Shown here: piece after piece, positions 20,035 to 28,540 of the stretch
Numbering within the stretch: position 1 is the first letter of the stretch
How the letters are laid out: each line of letters opens with the position of its first letter
Assembly: GCA_023245415.1 (NCBI GenBank)
Contig: JAHFKJ010000001.1
Span: 32,902-96,901, forward strand
Length of the DNA: 64,000 nt
Origin: Candidatus Gottesmanbacteria bacterium
GTDB taxonomy: Bacteria > Patescibacteriota > Microgenomatia > UBA10105
Reading direction: 5' to 3'
The notes under the pieces: model-generated
Database searches by the model: none
What the model saw: the letters and a program-made list of their open reading frames with translations, nothing else
What the model was told of the DNA's origin: nothing
Position numbers and translations under genes: made by a program

Positions 20035-20643
20035 TTAAGACTCCATCATAACAAAGTTTTTCAAGAGTTGCAATCCGTTTTTCTGGCTTTTTTCCGGATG
20101 AAATTGGACTCCGTAAATATTATGAAATTTGACACTGGATACAAACGTTTCTCCATAATCACAAGTGGAAGTGACAATTGGTTTCTCTTTTGGATCTATC
20201 ACATAGCTGTGGGCAAAATAAAAGGTTGGATTCTCTGGCAAATCTTTAAACAGACTAGTTTTATCCTTTACCAAAACATTATTCCAACCAACGTGTGGTA
20301 ACTTCTCTCGAGTGTTAATTTTTCTGACAATTCCCTGAATCCAATTTAATCCTTCATATTTACCATCTTCAAAACCGGTTTGGGCCAATAGCTGCAGTCC
20401 TAAACATATACCTAAATATAGTTTACCCTTGATTAACACTTCATCACGCAAGCAGTGAATAAGCTGACTCTTACGTATGGCTTTCATTCCGTCACAAAAC
20501 GCACCCTGGCCGGGAAAAATTAACTTATCAGCTTGTTGAATATACTTGGGTTCGGTTGTAATTTGATGCGGAGCTTTAAGATAGGCTAAAGCGTTTGCTA
20601 CTGATTTGACATTACCGATTCCCGAGTCAATGATTGCGATCAT
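20035..20643 (-). CDS. wbuY: HisH-like glutamine amidotransferase subunit (WbuY-like)
   Basis: GNVKSV, PGQG, GICLGLQ, PHVGWN, FYFAHSY and QFHPEKS. Confidence 0.9.
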   Translation of the reverse strand: MIAIIDSGIGNVKSVANALAYLKAPHQITTEPKYIQQADKLIFPGQGAFCDGMKAIRKSQLIHCLRDEVLIKGKLYLGICLGLQLLAQTGFEDGKYEGLNWIQGIVRKINTREKLPHVGWNNVLVKDKTSLFKDLPENPTFYFAHSYVIDPKEKPIVTSTCDYGETFVSSVKFHNIYGVQFHPEKSQKNGLQLLKNFVMMES

Positions 20644-21154
20644 ATTTAATTTTTTTTAACGTGCGTACCAGTACCTCGGTGTATAACGGATACAACTGTG
20701 CATACACTTCGGCCTCGGTTTTAATTTCTATGTTTTCAATCATTTTATATTCTTCGAAAAGTATTTCACCAGCATCGATTTTCTCCACCATCCAGTGTGA
20801 AGCGACAGAGGCTTTAGGATTGCCGTCGGCGATAAGTCTTTTTATCGGATTGACGCCTTTATACCTGTAAAGACAAGGGTGAAGATTTATACATGGTAAA
20901 GTTTCTACGAACTGTCTAGATAAAATTTTACGTCCGTGACAACAAATGAAAAGATCTATGTTAGCTGCGATTTCTTTGGGAAACGCGGGGTCATCTAAGA
21001 TTGAGGGTGGAAATGTGCGTAATTGAAAGCTGTTTGCGATTTGCTTAATGCCCTCGTCAACATATATTACATTACGTATGTCATGTTTTGATGCTAAAAG
21101 TGTTAATAATGTAATAACACCGGCAGTTTGGCCGCCATAGAATGCAATCCTCAC
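20627..21154 (-). CDS. small N10-formyl-THF-dependent sugar N-formyltransferase-like protein
   Basis: CINLHPCL-x-YKG and H-x5-DAG-x-I retain the Asn/His/Asp catalytic residues of the Formyl_trans_N fold; GTG start. Confidence 0.75.
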   Translation of the reverse strand: MRIAFYGGQTAGVITLLTLLASKHDIRNVIYVDEGIKQIANSFQLRTFPPSILDDPAFPKEIAANIDLFICCHGRKILSRQFVETLPCINLHPCLYRYKGVNPIKRLIADGNPKASVASHWMVEKIDAGEILFEEYKMIENIEIKTEAEVYAQLYPLYTEVLVRTLKKIKYDRNH

Positions 21155-21160
21155 GAAGGT

Positions 21161-21169
21161 ATTGTATCA
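21161..21169 (-). promoter_or_regulatory. operon-internal extended -10 (TGaTACAAT)
   Basis: Ends 6 nt before the GTG of the formyltransferase at 21154. Confidence 0.55.
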
Positions 21170-21174
21170 AAAAA

Positions 21175-22227
21175 TCACGCAAGTATTTCTCGAGTAAGTG
21201 GCGTTCCTCGTTGGATATCAAGTGCAGCTTTTCTTCCTAAAACTTCATCCAAATATTTTGGGTGTAATCCATATCCGGGGCGGATACAACGGACATTTTC
21301 TTGAGTAAATCTTTCACCTTTCCTGACGTTTTTGACAATAAAAAGTGAGCGACGGAAGACAATATTTTCTGATTCACGTTTGTCTGGTTTATATGTCGGC
21401 TTGCCAATAGCTTTTTCGACTTGGCGAATTTCTTGAACCAGCCGTTTGAACTCTAAAGGCTCTAATGAAAACGTGCAATCTGAACCACCTTCTTTACGCG
21501 AAAGTGTCAAATGTTTCTCGATGATTTTCGCTCCTAGTGCCACCGCAGTTATGGATGCAGTTAGACCTAAACTATGATCGGACAATCCCGGAATTACTTT
21601 AAATTTTTTTTGCAGATCCGGGATTGTCGCAATATTCATTTGTTCCAAAGTTGCTGGATAGGAACTGATGCAGTGGAGTACGGCGACCCCTGCTGCACCG
21701 TTTCTTTTAAGGGTGTTTATAGCCGTGATTATTTCTTCTGGTGAGGCTAACCCACGTGAGATTAATACCGGTTTTTTTGTTTGGCCAATCCGCTTGAGTA
21801 AGTCTACATCAATATTTTCAAATGACGCAATCTTGTATAGAGGCGGAGTTAATTCTTCTAAAAAATCAACCGCGGTGATATCAAAAGGCGTGGAAAAAAT
21901 GATTAAGCCTTTTTTTCGAGCATAAGCAAAAAGTTGCGGATGCCATTCCCAAGGAGTGTATACAGATTTATATAAGTCATAAAGTGTTTGGCCGGCCCAG
22001 GCATTGGCTTTGCCAATACGAAACCATTTTTTATCCGAATCAATTGTCAAGGTATCGGGTGTATAAGTTTGTAATTTGACTGCATCGACGCCTGCTTCTT
22101 TTGCAGCATCAATCAATTGATAAGCCCGATTAAGATTTTGTTTATGATTTCCCGATAGCTCAGCAACAATAAAACACGGCTGTCCAGCGCCAACTTTCCG
22201 TTTGTCTATTGAAAAAATATTCTGCAT
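21175..22227 (-). CDS. pseI: pseudaminic acid synthase (NeuB family with C-terminal SAF domain)
   Basis: IVAELSGNH, KLQTYTPDT, TPWEWH, YKIASFE, GLSDHS, IEKH, FRRSLF and IRPGYGLHP are PseI-type signatures. Confidence 0.92.
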   Translation of the reverse strand: MQNIFSIDKRKVGAGQPCFIVAELSGNHKQNLNRAYQLIDAAKEAGVDAVKLQTYTPDTLTIDSDKKWFRIGKANAWAGQTLYDLYKSVYTPWEWHPQLFAYARKKGLIIFSTPFDITAVDFLEELTPPLYKIASFENIDVDLLKRIGQTKKPVLISRGLASPEEIITAINTLKRNGAAGVAVLHCISSYPATLEQMNIATIPDLQKKFKVIPGLSDHSLGLTASITAVALGAKIIEKHLTLSRKEGGSDCTFSLEPLEFKRLVQEIRQVEKAIGKPTYKPDKRESENIVFRRSLFIVKNVRKGERFTQENVRCIRPGYGLHPKYLDEVLGRKAALDIQRGTPLTREILA

Positions 22228-22235
22228 AAGAATTC

Positions 22236-22244
22236 ATTATATCA
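22236..22244 (-). promoter_or_regulatory. operon-internal extended -10 (TGaTATAAT) overlapping the upstream stop codon
   Basis: The TGA stop of the cytidylyltransferase supplies the TGn; TATAAT ends 8 nt before the pseI ATG. Confidence 0.55.
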
Positions 22245-22970
22245 TTGACCAAAATGCTTTCGTGGTATATGATTATTAATTGCTGGGAGTTCCGGGTGAG
22301 AGTCCAACAAAGAAATGATTTGCTGACAATTTAATGAATCTGCATGGTAATTCTCGATGAGAATTTTTATGAGTTGGTAATCTTCCTGAGTGTCAACTGA
22401 AAGTTGATAGGCAGATTTATCAATCCTTTGTACGAATTGACTTATTTTAAATTCCTGCCGGTGAGTTCGATAAATATATGGTGTTACATGTTCACGTTCC
22501 ACAGTATCGTGGGCGTTTTTATAAGCCGTTTCAAGCGCCTTAAACGTAAAAATTTCGAAATCAAACCCGCGGGGAAAAGTGCGTTTGATGGTATTTGATA
22601 GATAGTCAGAATTCTCTTCAAGATATTGTTCTAGGCCTTGGGAGATTAAATCTCCATCAATTAGAGGACAATCTGAAGTGATTCGAATAACTGTGTCAGC
22701 TTTAAATTCCTTTGCAGTTTCGTAATAGCGACTTAAAACATCATCTAATTTTCCTCGAAAGACTGTATACTGTTGTTTTTGACAATAGATATATAATTTA
22801 TCATCCGATGCGTTTGTGGATGTAGCAATCACAACTTGATCAATGTGTTTTGTACATTTAATTCGATTAACCACATACCACAATAACGCTTCACCATTTA
22901 TGGGTAATAAGACTTTACCTGGAAGTCTTGTTGAACTCATTCTGGCTTGAATGATTAAAACTATTTGCAT
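22242..22970 (-). CDS. spsF: nonulosonate cytidylyltransferase, SpsF-type (PseF function)
   Basis: IQARMSSTRLPGKVL, DVLSRY, RITSDCP, REHVTPY and SVDTQED. Confidence 0.85.
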   Translation of the reverse strand: MQIVLIIQARMSSTRLPGKVLLPINGEALLWYVVNRIKCTKHIDQVVIATSTNASDDKLYIYCQKQQYTVFRGKLDDVLSRYYETAKEFKADTVIRITSDCPLIDGDLISQGLEQYLEENSDYLSNTIKRTFPRGFDFEIFTFKALETAYKNAHDTVEREHVTPYIYRTHRQEFKISQFVQRIDKSAYQLSVDTQEDYQLIKILIENYHADSLNCQQIISLLDSHPELPAINNHIPRKHFGQ

Positions 22971-22976
22971 AAGATA

Positions 22977-24014
22977 CTATATCTTATAAAGTGCATCAAA
23001 AAACATTTTTTGTATCGGATGCGGACTCCGTCTATAGATTAAGCGCCAATTTTTCGGAAACTGATAATCAAATTCCTTAATATAAGAATTAACTGAAGTT
23101 CTGGATTTACGCCATTGTTTTAGATAAAAAAAACCATGAGTAAGTCGATCGATTAAACTCACAAAATTTTTAATTTGTTCTCTCGTCATCTCATGAAAGG
23201 AACTGATGTTTATCATTAAATTATAATATTTTTTAGGTAAGTATTCTAATTGATGCGGGAGTATGAAGCGTATTCGTGCAGAGATAAATTCTTTCTTAAT
23301 TTGGTTAAAAGACTTAAACGAATGGAAGAAAAATATCCTATCGTTTGGAAAAACTGCCGATATATATTTTTGAGATACATGAAGTGCTGGTGGTATATCG
23401 ATAATTGTATAAGTGCATTGTGGTAGTACCTTCAGGAATACAGTTGCTAATCTACCGTATCCGGCCCCGATTTCTGCAATATTCATTTTACTCTGGCCGG
23501 CTATTTTATTGGTTATACTATAAAATTCATGAATTGAATTACATAAATCCTGAGATAATAATTGATTTTTGTATTCAACTATAAATGGATTGCCGATTTT
23601 TGGTTCGGAGGCAATGTTGAAAATTTCTTTAATGTCTGTTGCTTTCAAATAGTCGGCATAAGACGCTACAAATATTCTGTATATAAAAGCTGAGATAGCA
23701 TTGAAATGTTTAATATTTCCCGCTTTCGTATTATTGTAATTTCTAAATCTACTCAAATAAAGTGGTTTCAGATTTCCCTGAAAAAGTTGAGATAATACTA
23801 TATTTAGTTGCTGTCTGATTATCCCTAAAGTTCCCCAGTTAAAATATTTCATATTAACAGTGCGTTTGAAATTCTTAAACCCATAATGTATCAATTGGTC
23901 AGTATGTTTACTATTTAATTCTTCCCAAAATTGAGAAGGAAAATAAATTGGCTTACTAGAACGAAGCTCTTTATGCATGCTGGATTGTTGCAGTTTATCC
24001 GAGTTGCTAGTCAT
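22977..24014 (-). CDS. putative sugar O-methyltransferase
   Basis: PSQFW, IGNP, EIGAGYGRLA, IIDIPP and INISSFHEM motifs of the putative sugar O-methyltransferase family. Confidence 0.8.
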   Translation of the reverse strand: MTSNSDKLQQSSMHKELRSSKPIYFPSQFWEELNSKHTDQLIHYGFKNFKRTVNMKYFNWGTLGIIRQQLNIVLSQLFQGNLKPLYLSRFRNYNNTKAGNIKHFNAISAFIYRIFVASYADYLKATDIKEIFNIASEPKIGNPFIVEYKNQLLSQDLCNSIHEFYSITNKIAGQSKMNIAEIGAGYGRLATVFLKVLPQCTYTIIDIPPALHVSQKYISAVFPNDRIFFFHSFKSFNQIKKEFISARIRFILPHQLEYLPKKYYNLMINISSFHEMTREQIKNFVSLIDRLTHGFFYLKQWRKSRTSVNSYIKEFDYQFPKNWRLIYRRSPHPIQKMFFDALYKI

Positions 24015-24023
24015 ATATGCGGA

Positions 24024-25643
24024 TTATTTTTTTTGCGCGACGATTAGTTGTATTGGAGATCCTTTGCATAAATAAAATAGATATGAAATAGGTACGAGGA
24101 TAATTCCTAACATCCCTATAATAATAGGCAATATTAACTTATATTTATGAGTGTATTTTAGAGCAAAAATATTTAGTTTTGGTGAAATGCGATATAATAT
24201 GCTTTGTGTCAATCCGATGGGGATATATTCAATTGCATAAATAGTTCTTTTTTTAATGATTCTGAATCCTACATCCTCAATTATTTGTGTTAGTCCATTT
24301 GGGGTAAAGTGAAAGAGATGTCTAGGCGGGTCTAGATGAAACCAGCTCGAACCAAATAAAATTCTTTCCCATGAGTTGTAGTTCGGGCATTCTATTATCA
24401 GAATTCCACCTTTTTTTAAGTATATAGATACCTTTTTAAGTGTTTGTAAAGGATTTTTTAGATGTTCAAAACTTTCCCAAAAAGTAACTAGATTGTAAGA
24501 CATAGGCTTTTCATTCATTTTTTCTACTCCTACGAGCTTAACATTTGAACTTTTAGAATCAGAGAATGGGGTTTCTATACATTGATAGAAGTACTTATTA
24601 GAATCTAATTGACCTCCTATTTTTCCGTCACCGCAGCCAATGTCTAAAATTTTTCCCGCAGGTAAAAAGCTTTTAATTATTTTTGGGCGTCGAACTTGCA
24701 AAAGACTGTATATAAAGGTTTTTAAAAAAATAAAGTATATTTTAGGGTAAAAAGTATGCAAACCATTAGGCTTTGGGTGTGTAAATCCAATATTGCAGGG
24801 AGTACAATAATATATTGAAAATATATTATTGCTGACAGCATCGCGAACATTATACTCTAAACGAGTTATGGATCGTCTACACAAAGGGCATTGTTGTACG
24901 GAAACTTTACTAAAAGGTCCGGAAGGCTTTTTGACAAATTTTGATATTACATATTGAGTGAGCGTCTTGAAAGTCCCTAATGCATAAATCGTACTATTTT
25001 TTAAGTTCGCCGTATGCATTTTCGGATGATAATCACAGGATACTTGTATTTCAGCTATTTTAAATTTATAAAATACTGCCTGTACGATAATTTCGAAGCT
25101 AAAAAGATAATCATCGGAATTTTGGTAAAAAGGAATTGATGTAAGTAATTTTCGTGTGTATAGTCTAAATCCTGAGTGGAATTCTGAAAGCTCTAACCCG
25201 AGTAGTAAATTATCTACATACGAAAGGCCACGATTTGCAATAAACTTATGGATAGGCATTTTTCGATCAAGAGCATCTTTCGGGTGAATAAACCTTGATC
25301 CGAGAGCCAAATCATAACCCCGGGAGATTTTTTTGAGGAACAAAGGTAAATTTTGCGGATCGTATTGATTGTCCGGATGGAATTCAATTATTATATCAGC
25401 ACTAGCTTCTAGAGCACGTGAAAGGCTAACTTTGAGGTTTCCACCGTATCCCAAGTTTAGAGAATTACGAAATACTGTGATTGGAAGTTCTTTCGCAACT
25501 TTATAAGTATTGTCCGTAGACGCATCATCTACGAGTATAATTTGGTCTATAAGTTTTTTAGGAAGTCTATTGTAAGAATCAACTAAAGTTTTAGCTGCAT
25601 TGTGTGCAGGCATAACTACAATGATTTTAGGTTTTTTGGTCAT
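24024..25643 (-). CDS. fusion: DPM-synthase-like GT2 + Zn-ribbon class I SAM methyltransferase
   Basis: N-half has MPAHN, VDDASTD, GYGGN, HPDNQY, GSRF and EFHSGFR. C-half has CPLC...CTPC, LDIGCGDG, FEHL and LDPPRHL. One continuous frame. Confidence 0.88.
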   Translation of the reverse strand: MTKKPKIIVVMPAHNAAKTLVDSYNRLPKKLIDQIILVDDASTDNTYKVAKELPITVFRNSLNLGYGGNLKVSLSRALEASADIIIEFHPDNQYDPQNLPLFLKKISRGYDLALGSRFIHPKDALDRKMPIHKFIANRGLSYVDNLLLGLELSEFHSGFRLYTRKLLTSIPFYQNSDDYLFSFEIIVQAVFYKFKIAEIQVSCDYHPKMHTANLKNSTIYALGTFKTLTQYVISKFVKKPSGPFSKVSVQQCPLCRRSITRLEYNVRDAVSNNIFSIYYCTPCNIGFTHPKPNGLHTFYPKIYFIFLKTFIYSLLQVRRPKIIKSFLPAGKILDIGCGDGKIGGQLDSNKYFYQCIETPFSDSKSSNVKLVGVEKMNEKPMSYNLVTFWESFEHLKNPLQTLKKVSIYLKKGGILIIECPNYNSWERILFGSSWFHLDPPRHLFHFTPNGLTQIIEDVGFRIIKKRTIYAIEYIPIGLTQSILYRISPKLNIFALKYTHKYKLILPIIIGMLGIILVPISYLFYLCKGSPIQLIVAQKK

Positions 25644-26884
25644 GGAACAATGCTTACGGAAGGGACAGGTATAATAAATTTACCTCCTTGAGTTATATAA
25701 TTTTTTTCTTTATCCATTATCTCTTTCGCAAAGTTCCAGGCTAAAAGTAAAATATAGTCAGGTTTTCGCTTGGATATTTCGACTTCAGGATAAATTCTGA
25801 TATGAGATCCGGGGGTATATAATCCTTGTTTATATGGAGTTGAATCAACTGCAAAATCAATAAGCGTATTATTAATACTGCAGTAATTAAGTAGAATATT
25901 GCCTTTTGCTGCAGCACCGTAGGCAGCGATAGTTTTGCCGTTATTTTTCAGTTTTTGTAATGTCATCTTCAGTTCTCTGCGTAATCTTTTTATACGTTTT
26001 GCGAATAAATTTAATACTGACAAATTGCCCAGGCCAAATTTCTCTTCGGCGGCAATCATGTCCTTGATTTTGTCGTTTATTGTATTATTATTCTGGTTTT
26101 CCTTTTTACCGATATAGACCCGTAATGATCCGCCATCTATAGACGTCCGTTCGATGTCTATTAAATGAAGATTTACTTGTGAAAGCAGGTTTAATAAAGG
26201 TTTTACTGAAAAGTAGGAAAGATGCTCATGATAAATCGTGTCGAATTGATTTTTTTCAATTAAATCCATTAGATACGGAAATTCACATATAAAAGCTCCG
26301 TTATCAGAAAGAAGTATTTTGATTGAATTAAATAAGTCATGTAAATCCTGTATATGGGCAACCACATTTGTTGCGGTGATAATTTTAGCGGTACCTTTTG
26401 CGGAGCGTATTTTTTTCGCCAGTTTTTGAGAAATATAATCATTGATTGTTTCTATACCTTTTAACTGGGCTATTTTTGCTAAATTGGTCGCCGGGTCAAT
26501 TCCTAAAGTTTTAATACCATAACCTCTAAAATAGGAGAGCAAACTGCCATCGTTGCTTCCTATATCAATCACTAAAGATTCAGTTGAAATGTGAAAACGA
26601 TTACGGATAGTAAAAGCTATATCTGCAAAGTTGCTCATTCTGGTTTTCGAACTTGAAGGTATATACACATAGTTTTTAAACATTGCTTCAGGGTTTACTG
26701 TCTCTGCCAGTTGGACAAGACCGCAGTCCATACAATAGGCGGTGTTTAATGGGTATTTATTTTCTTTCTTTTTTAGATCTTCCAATTTCAAGAATCCATT
26801 AGGGAGAGGAATCGTTCCTAGATTTAAAAATGTAAACAGTCTTTTTCCTTTACAGATTCTACAGTGAACTAATTTTTTAGTCAT
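25640..26884 (-). CDS. NDP-4-keto-sugar C-methyltransferase (second paralogue)
   Basis: CRIC...CMDC, DIGSNDG, FDTIYHEH, DGGSLR, AYGAAAKG and LAWNF. Confidence 0.9.
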   Translation of the reverse strand: MTKKLVHCRICKGKRLFTFLNLGTIPLPNGFLKLEDLKKKENKYPLNTAYCMDCGLVQLAETVNPEAMFKNYVYIPSSSKTRMSNFADIAFTIRNRFHISTESLVIDIGSNDGSLLSYFRGYGIKTLGIDPATNLAKIAQLKGIETINDYISQKLAKKIRSAKGTAKIITATNVVAHIQDLHDLFNSIKILLSDNGAFICEFPYLMDLIEKNQFDTIYHEHLSYFSVKPLLNLLSQVNLHLIDIERTSIDGGSLRVYIGKKENQNNNTINDKIKDMIAAEEKFGLGNLSVLNLFAKRIKRLRRELKMTLQKLKNNGKTIAAYGAAAKGNILLNYCSINNTLIDFAVDSTPYKQGLYTPGSHIRIYPEVEISKRKPDYILLLAWNFAKEIMDKEKNYITQGGKFIIPVPSVSIVP

Positions 26885-26916
26885 ACAAATAAGAAAACAA
26901 TTTTATATTGAGTAGT

Positions 26917-28476
26917 TTACTTCGACAAGCTGTATAAATATAGACTTTTAGTTCTTGCGCCATCTGATAAGTTGCTTTCGGAAAATTCTTTAATTAAGGA
27001 ATAGTTTTTTTTAATTTCATTTAATATCTCAAGTCGCTGTAATTCGGTTCTCCCGAAATAATGTGTATAAGAATCATTATAGATAATCATTGCTATTCTT
27101 TTATTGTGTATCATATCTTTAAATTCTTCTAAAGATGTCAAATGGTACTTTTGAGCAGATTGCGTGTCTAATATTGATAATGATCCGGCACCTTCATTCA
27201 TACGAATTGGTACGCTTCTATTTATTTCAGCGACAACTGGTAGGTAAAAAGTGATGATTAAGTCATCTATGTTTGTATTATTTTCTACAAATGCTGATAT
27301 CTCGCGAACGTAGTCATGAGGGTTTTTTTGTATAGTACTTAAGGACGTTTTAAGAAATTTGTAATGGGGAAAAGCAACAAAATTGGAAAATAGTATAAAA
27401 ATTAGTAGTGCGTAAAGAAATTTCCTGGTACTAACTCCAGAAATTTTTTGGCTGGTTATTATAACATAGTTGCTTGCCATTATTGATAATAAAGGTACAA
27501 CTGGATATAAATATGAGGAGTCCATGGGGTGATGAATTAAAGCGGTTAAAAGATATATAAAAATTATCATCCGGCAAAACAGAGAAAAGAGATAGTTTTT
27601 TTTAGAAGTTACTGTTTTTGTGAACAAAATTTCACTCAATATTATTATTAGAAATATTCCATAGTCTCTGATCGTTAATATAATAAATTCAATTATATTA
27701 GTTAAATTATACCTAGGGATATCTGAAACATATATAAGAATTTTTTTTGAGAAAAAAGGCCAAATAAGAGCATAAAGAGTTAGCTGAACACTTTTAAATA
27801 AAAAGGGCAGATATACACAAGTCGCTGTAAGAAGTCCAATTCCAGTCACCTTAATCAAATAATTCCTATTCTGCCTATGTCTGTATAAAGTATAAAACCA
27901 GCATAAAAGTAAGATTGGAATAGTTTGCGATCGTACAGCGGTATTAATTACAGCGAACATAATTGCAGCTGAGTTCCAATGAAGGATATGCCTTTTGGAT
28001 TTCAAAGACTTTGAGATGCAAAAAATGGTCAATATCAAAAATAATGACATTATTTGACTTGAATACGGGATATTTGAGTTGTAAAGATAGGTAATACTGC
28101 CAAACGTCAAAAATAAACCAGTTAATAAAACTTGTTTTCCGGATCCTAATGTTCTGCTGATTATTAAACACAGAATCAAGACTATCAAAGCTATTAGAAA
28201 TCCGATTACACGTTGAGAAAATATTGTTGGAAGTGTAAAAAGTGATGAGAATCCAATCAGATAATCAGTGAGAAGACTATTCCATCCGTTATAATCTATA
28301 AAAGGAATATGACCTGAATAAGCCAATTTTGCATTATAAAGTGCGATACCTTCATCGGTTGTTATATATCCGTATACTATAAAAATTAACCGTAAAATTA
28401 TATTTATACTCAATATTACAGAAAATAAAAGCATCCCACGGTTGCGAAGTGACTTAGTAAAATTAATAAATTTCAT
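26917..28476 (-). CDS. GT-C-like membrane glycosyltransferase
   Basis: TTDEG after TM1, G-x-IPFID, many TM segments and a soluble C-terminus. Confidence 0.7.
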   Translation of the reverse strand: MKFINFTKSLRNRGMLLFSVILSINIILRLIFIVYGYITTDEGIALYNAKLAYSGHIPFIDYNGWNSLLTDYLIGFSSLFTLPTIFSQRVIGFLIALIVLILCLIISRTLGSGKQVLLTGLFLTFGSITYLYNSNIPYSSQIMSLFLILTIFCISKSLKSKRHILHWNSAAIMFAVINTAVRSQTIPILLLCWFYTLYRHRQNRNYLIKVTGIGLLTATCVYLPFLFKSVQLTLYALIWPFFSKKILIYVSDIPRYNLTNIIEFIILTIRDYGIFLIIILSEILFTKTVTSKKNYLFSLFCRMIIFIYLLTALIHHPMDSSYLYPVVPLLSIMASNYVIITSQKISGVSTRKFLYALLIFILFSNFVAFPHYKFLKTSLSTIQKNPHDYVREISAFVENNTNIDDLIITFYLPVVAEINRSVPIRMNEGAGSLSILDTQSAQKYHLTSLEEFKDMIHNKRIAMIIYNDSYTHYFGRTELQRLEILNEIKKNYSLIKEFSESNLSDGARTKSLYLYSLSK

Positions 28477-28525
28477 AAAATACTGAGCATATTCTACTTA
28501 AAATATTGTGGATAGGCCAGTATTA

Positions 28526-28534
28526 TGATATCTT
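28526..28534 (+). promoter_or_regulatory. extended -10 element (TGaTATCTT)
   Basis: Ends 6 nt before the pseB ATG at 28541. Confidence 0.45.
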
Positions 28535-28540
28535 TGTCGC

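Noticed and set aside
18013-20643. hisF/hisH as histidine biosynthesis genes
   Set aside because: They flank a WbuX-type amidotransferase in a glycan locus and no other his genes are present; this is the ammonia-channelling WbuXYZ arrangement.
21175-22227. NeuB/LegI (sialic or legionaminic acid synthase) assignment
   Set aside because: The ELSGNH, KLQTYT, TPWEWH and KIASFE motifs plus an inverting pseB and pseC favour PseI; no NeuC/LegG is present.
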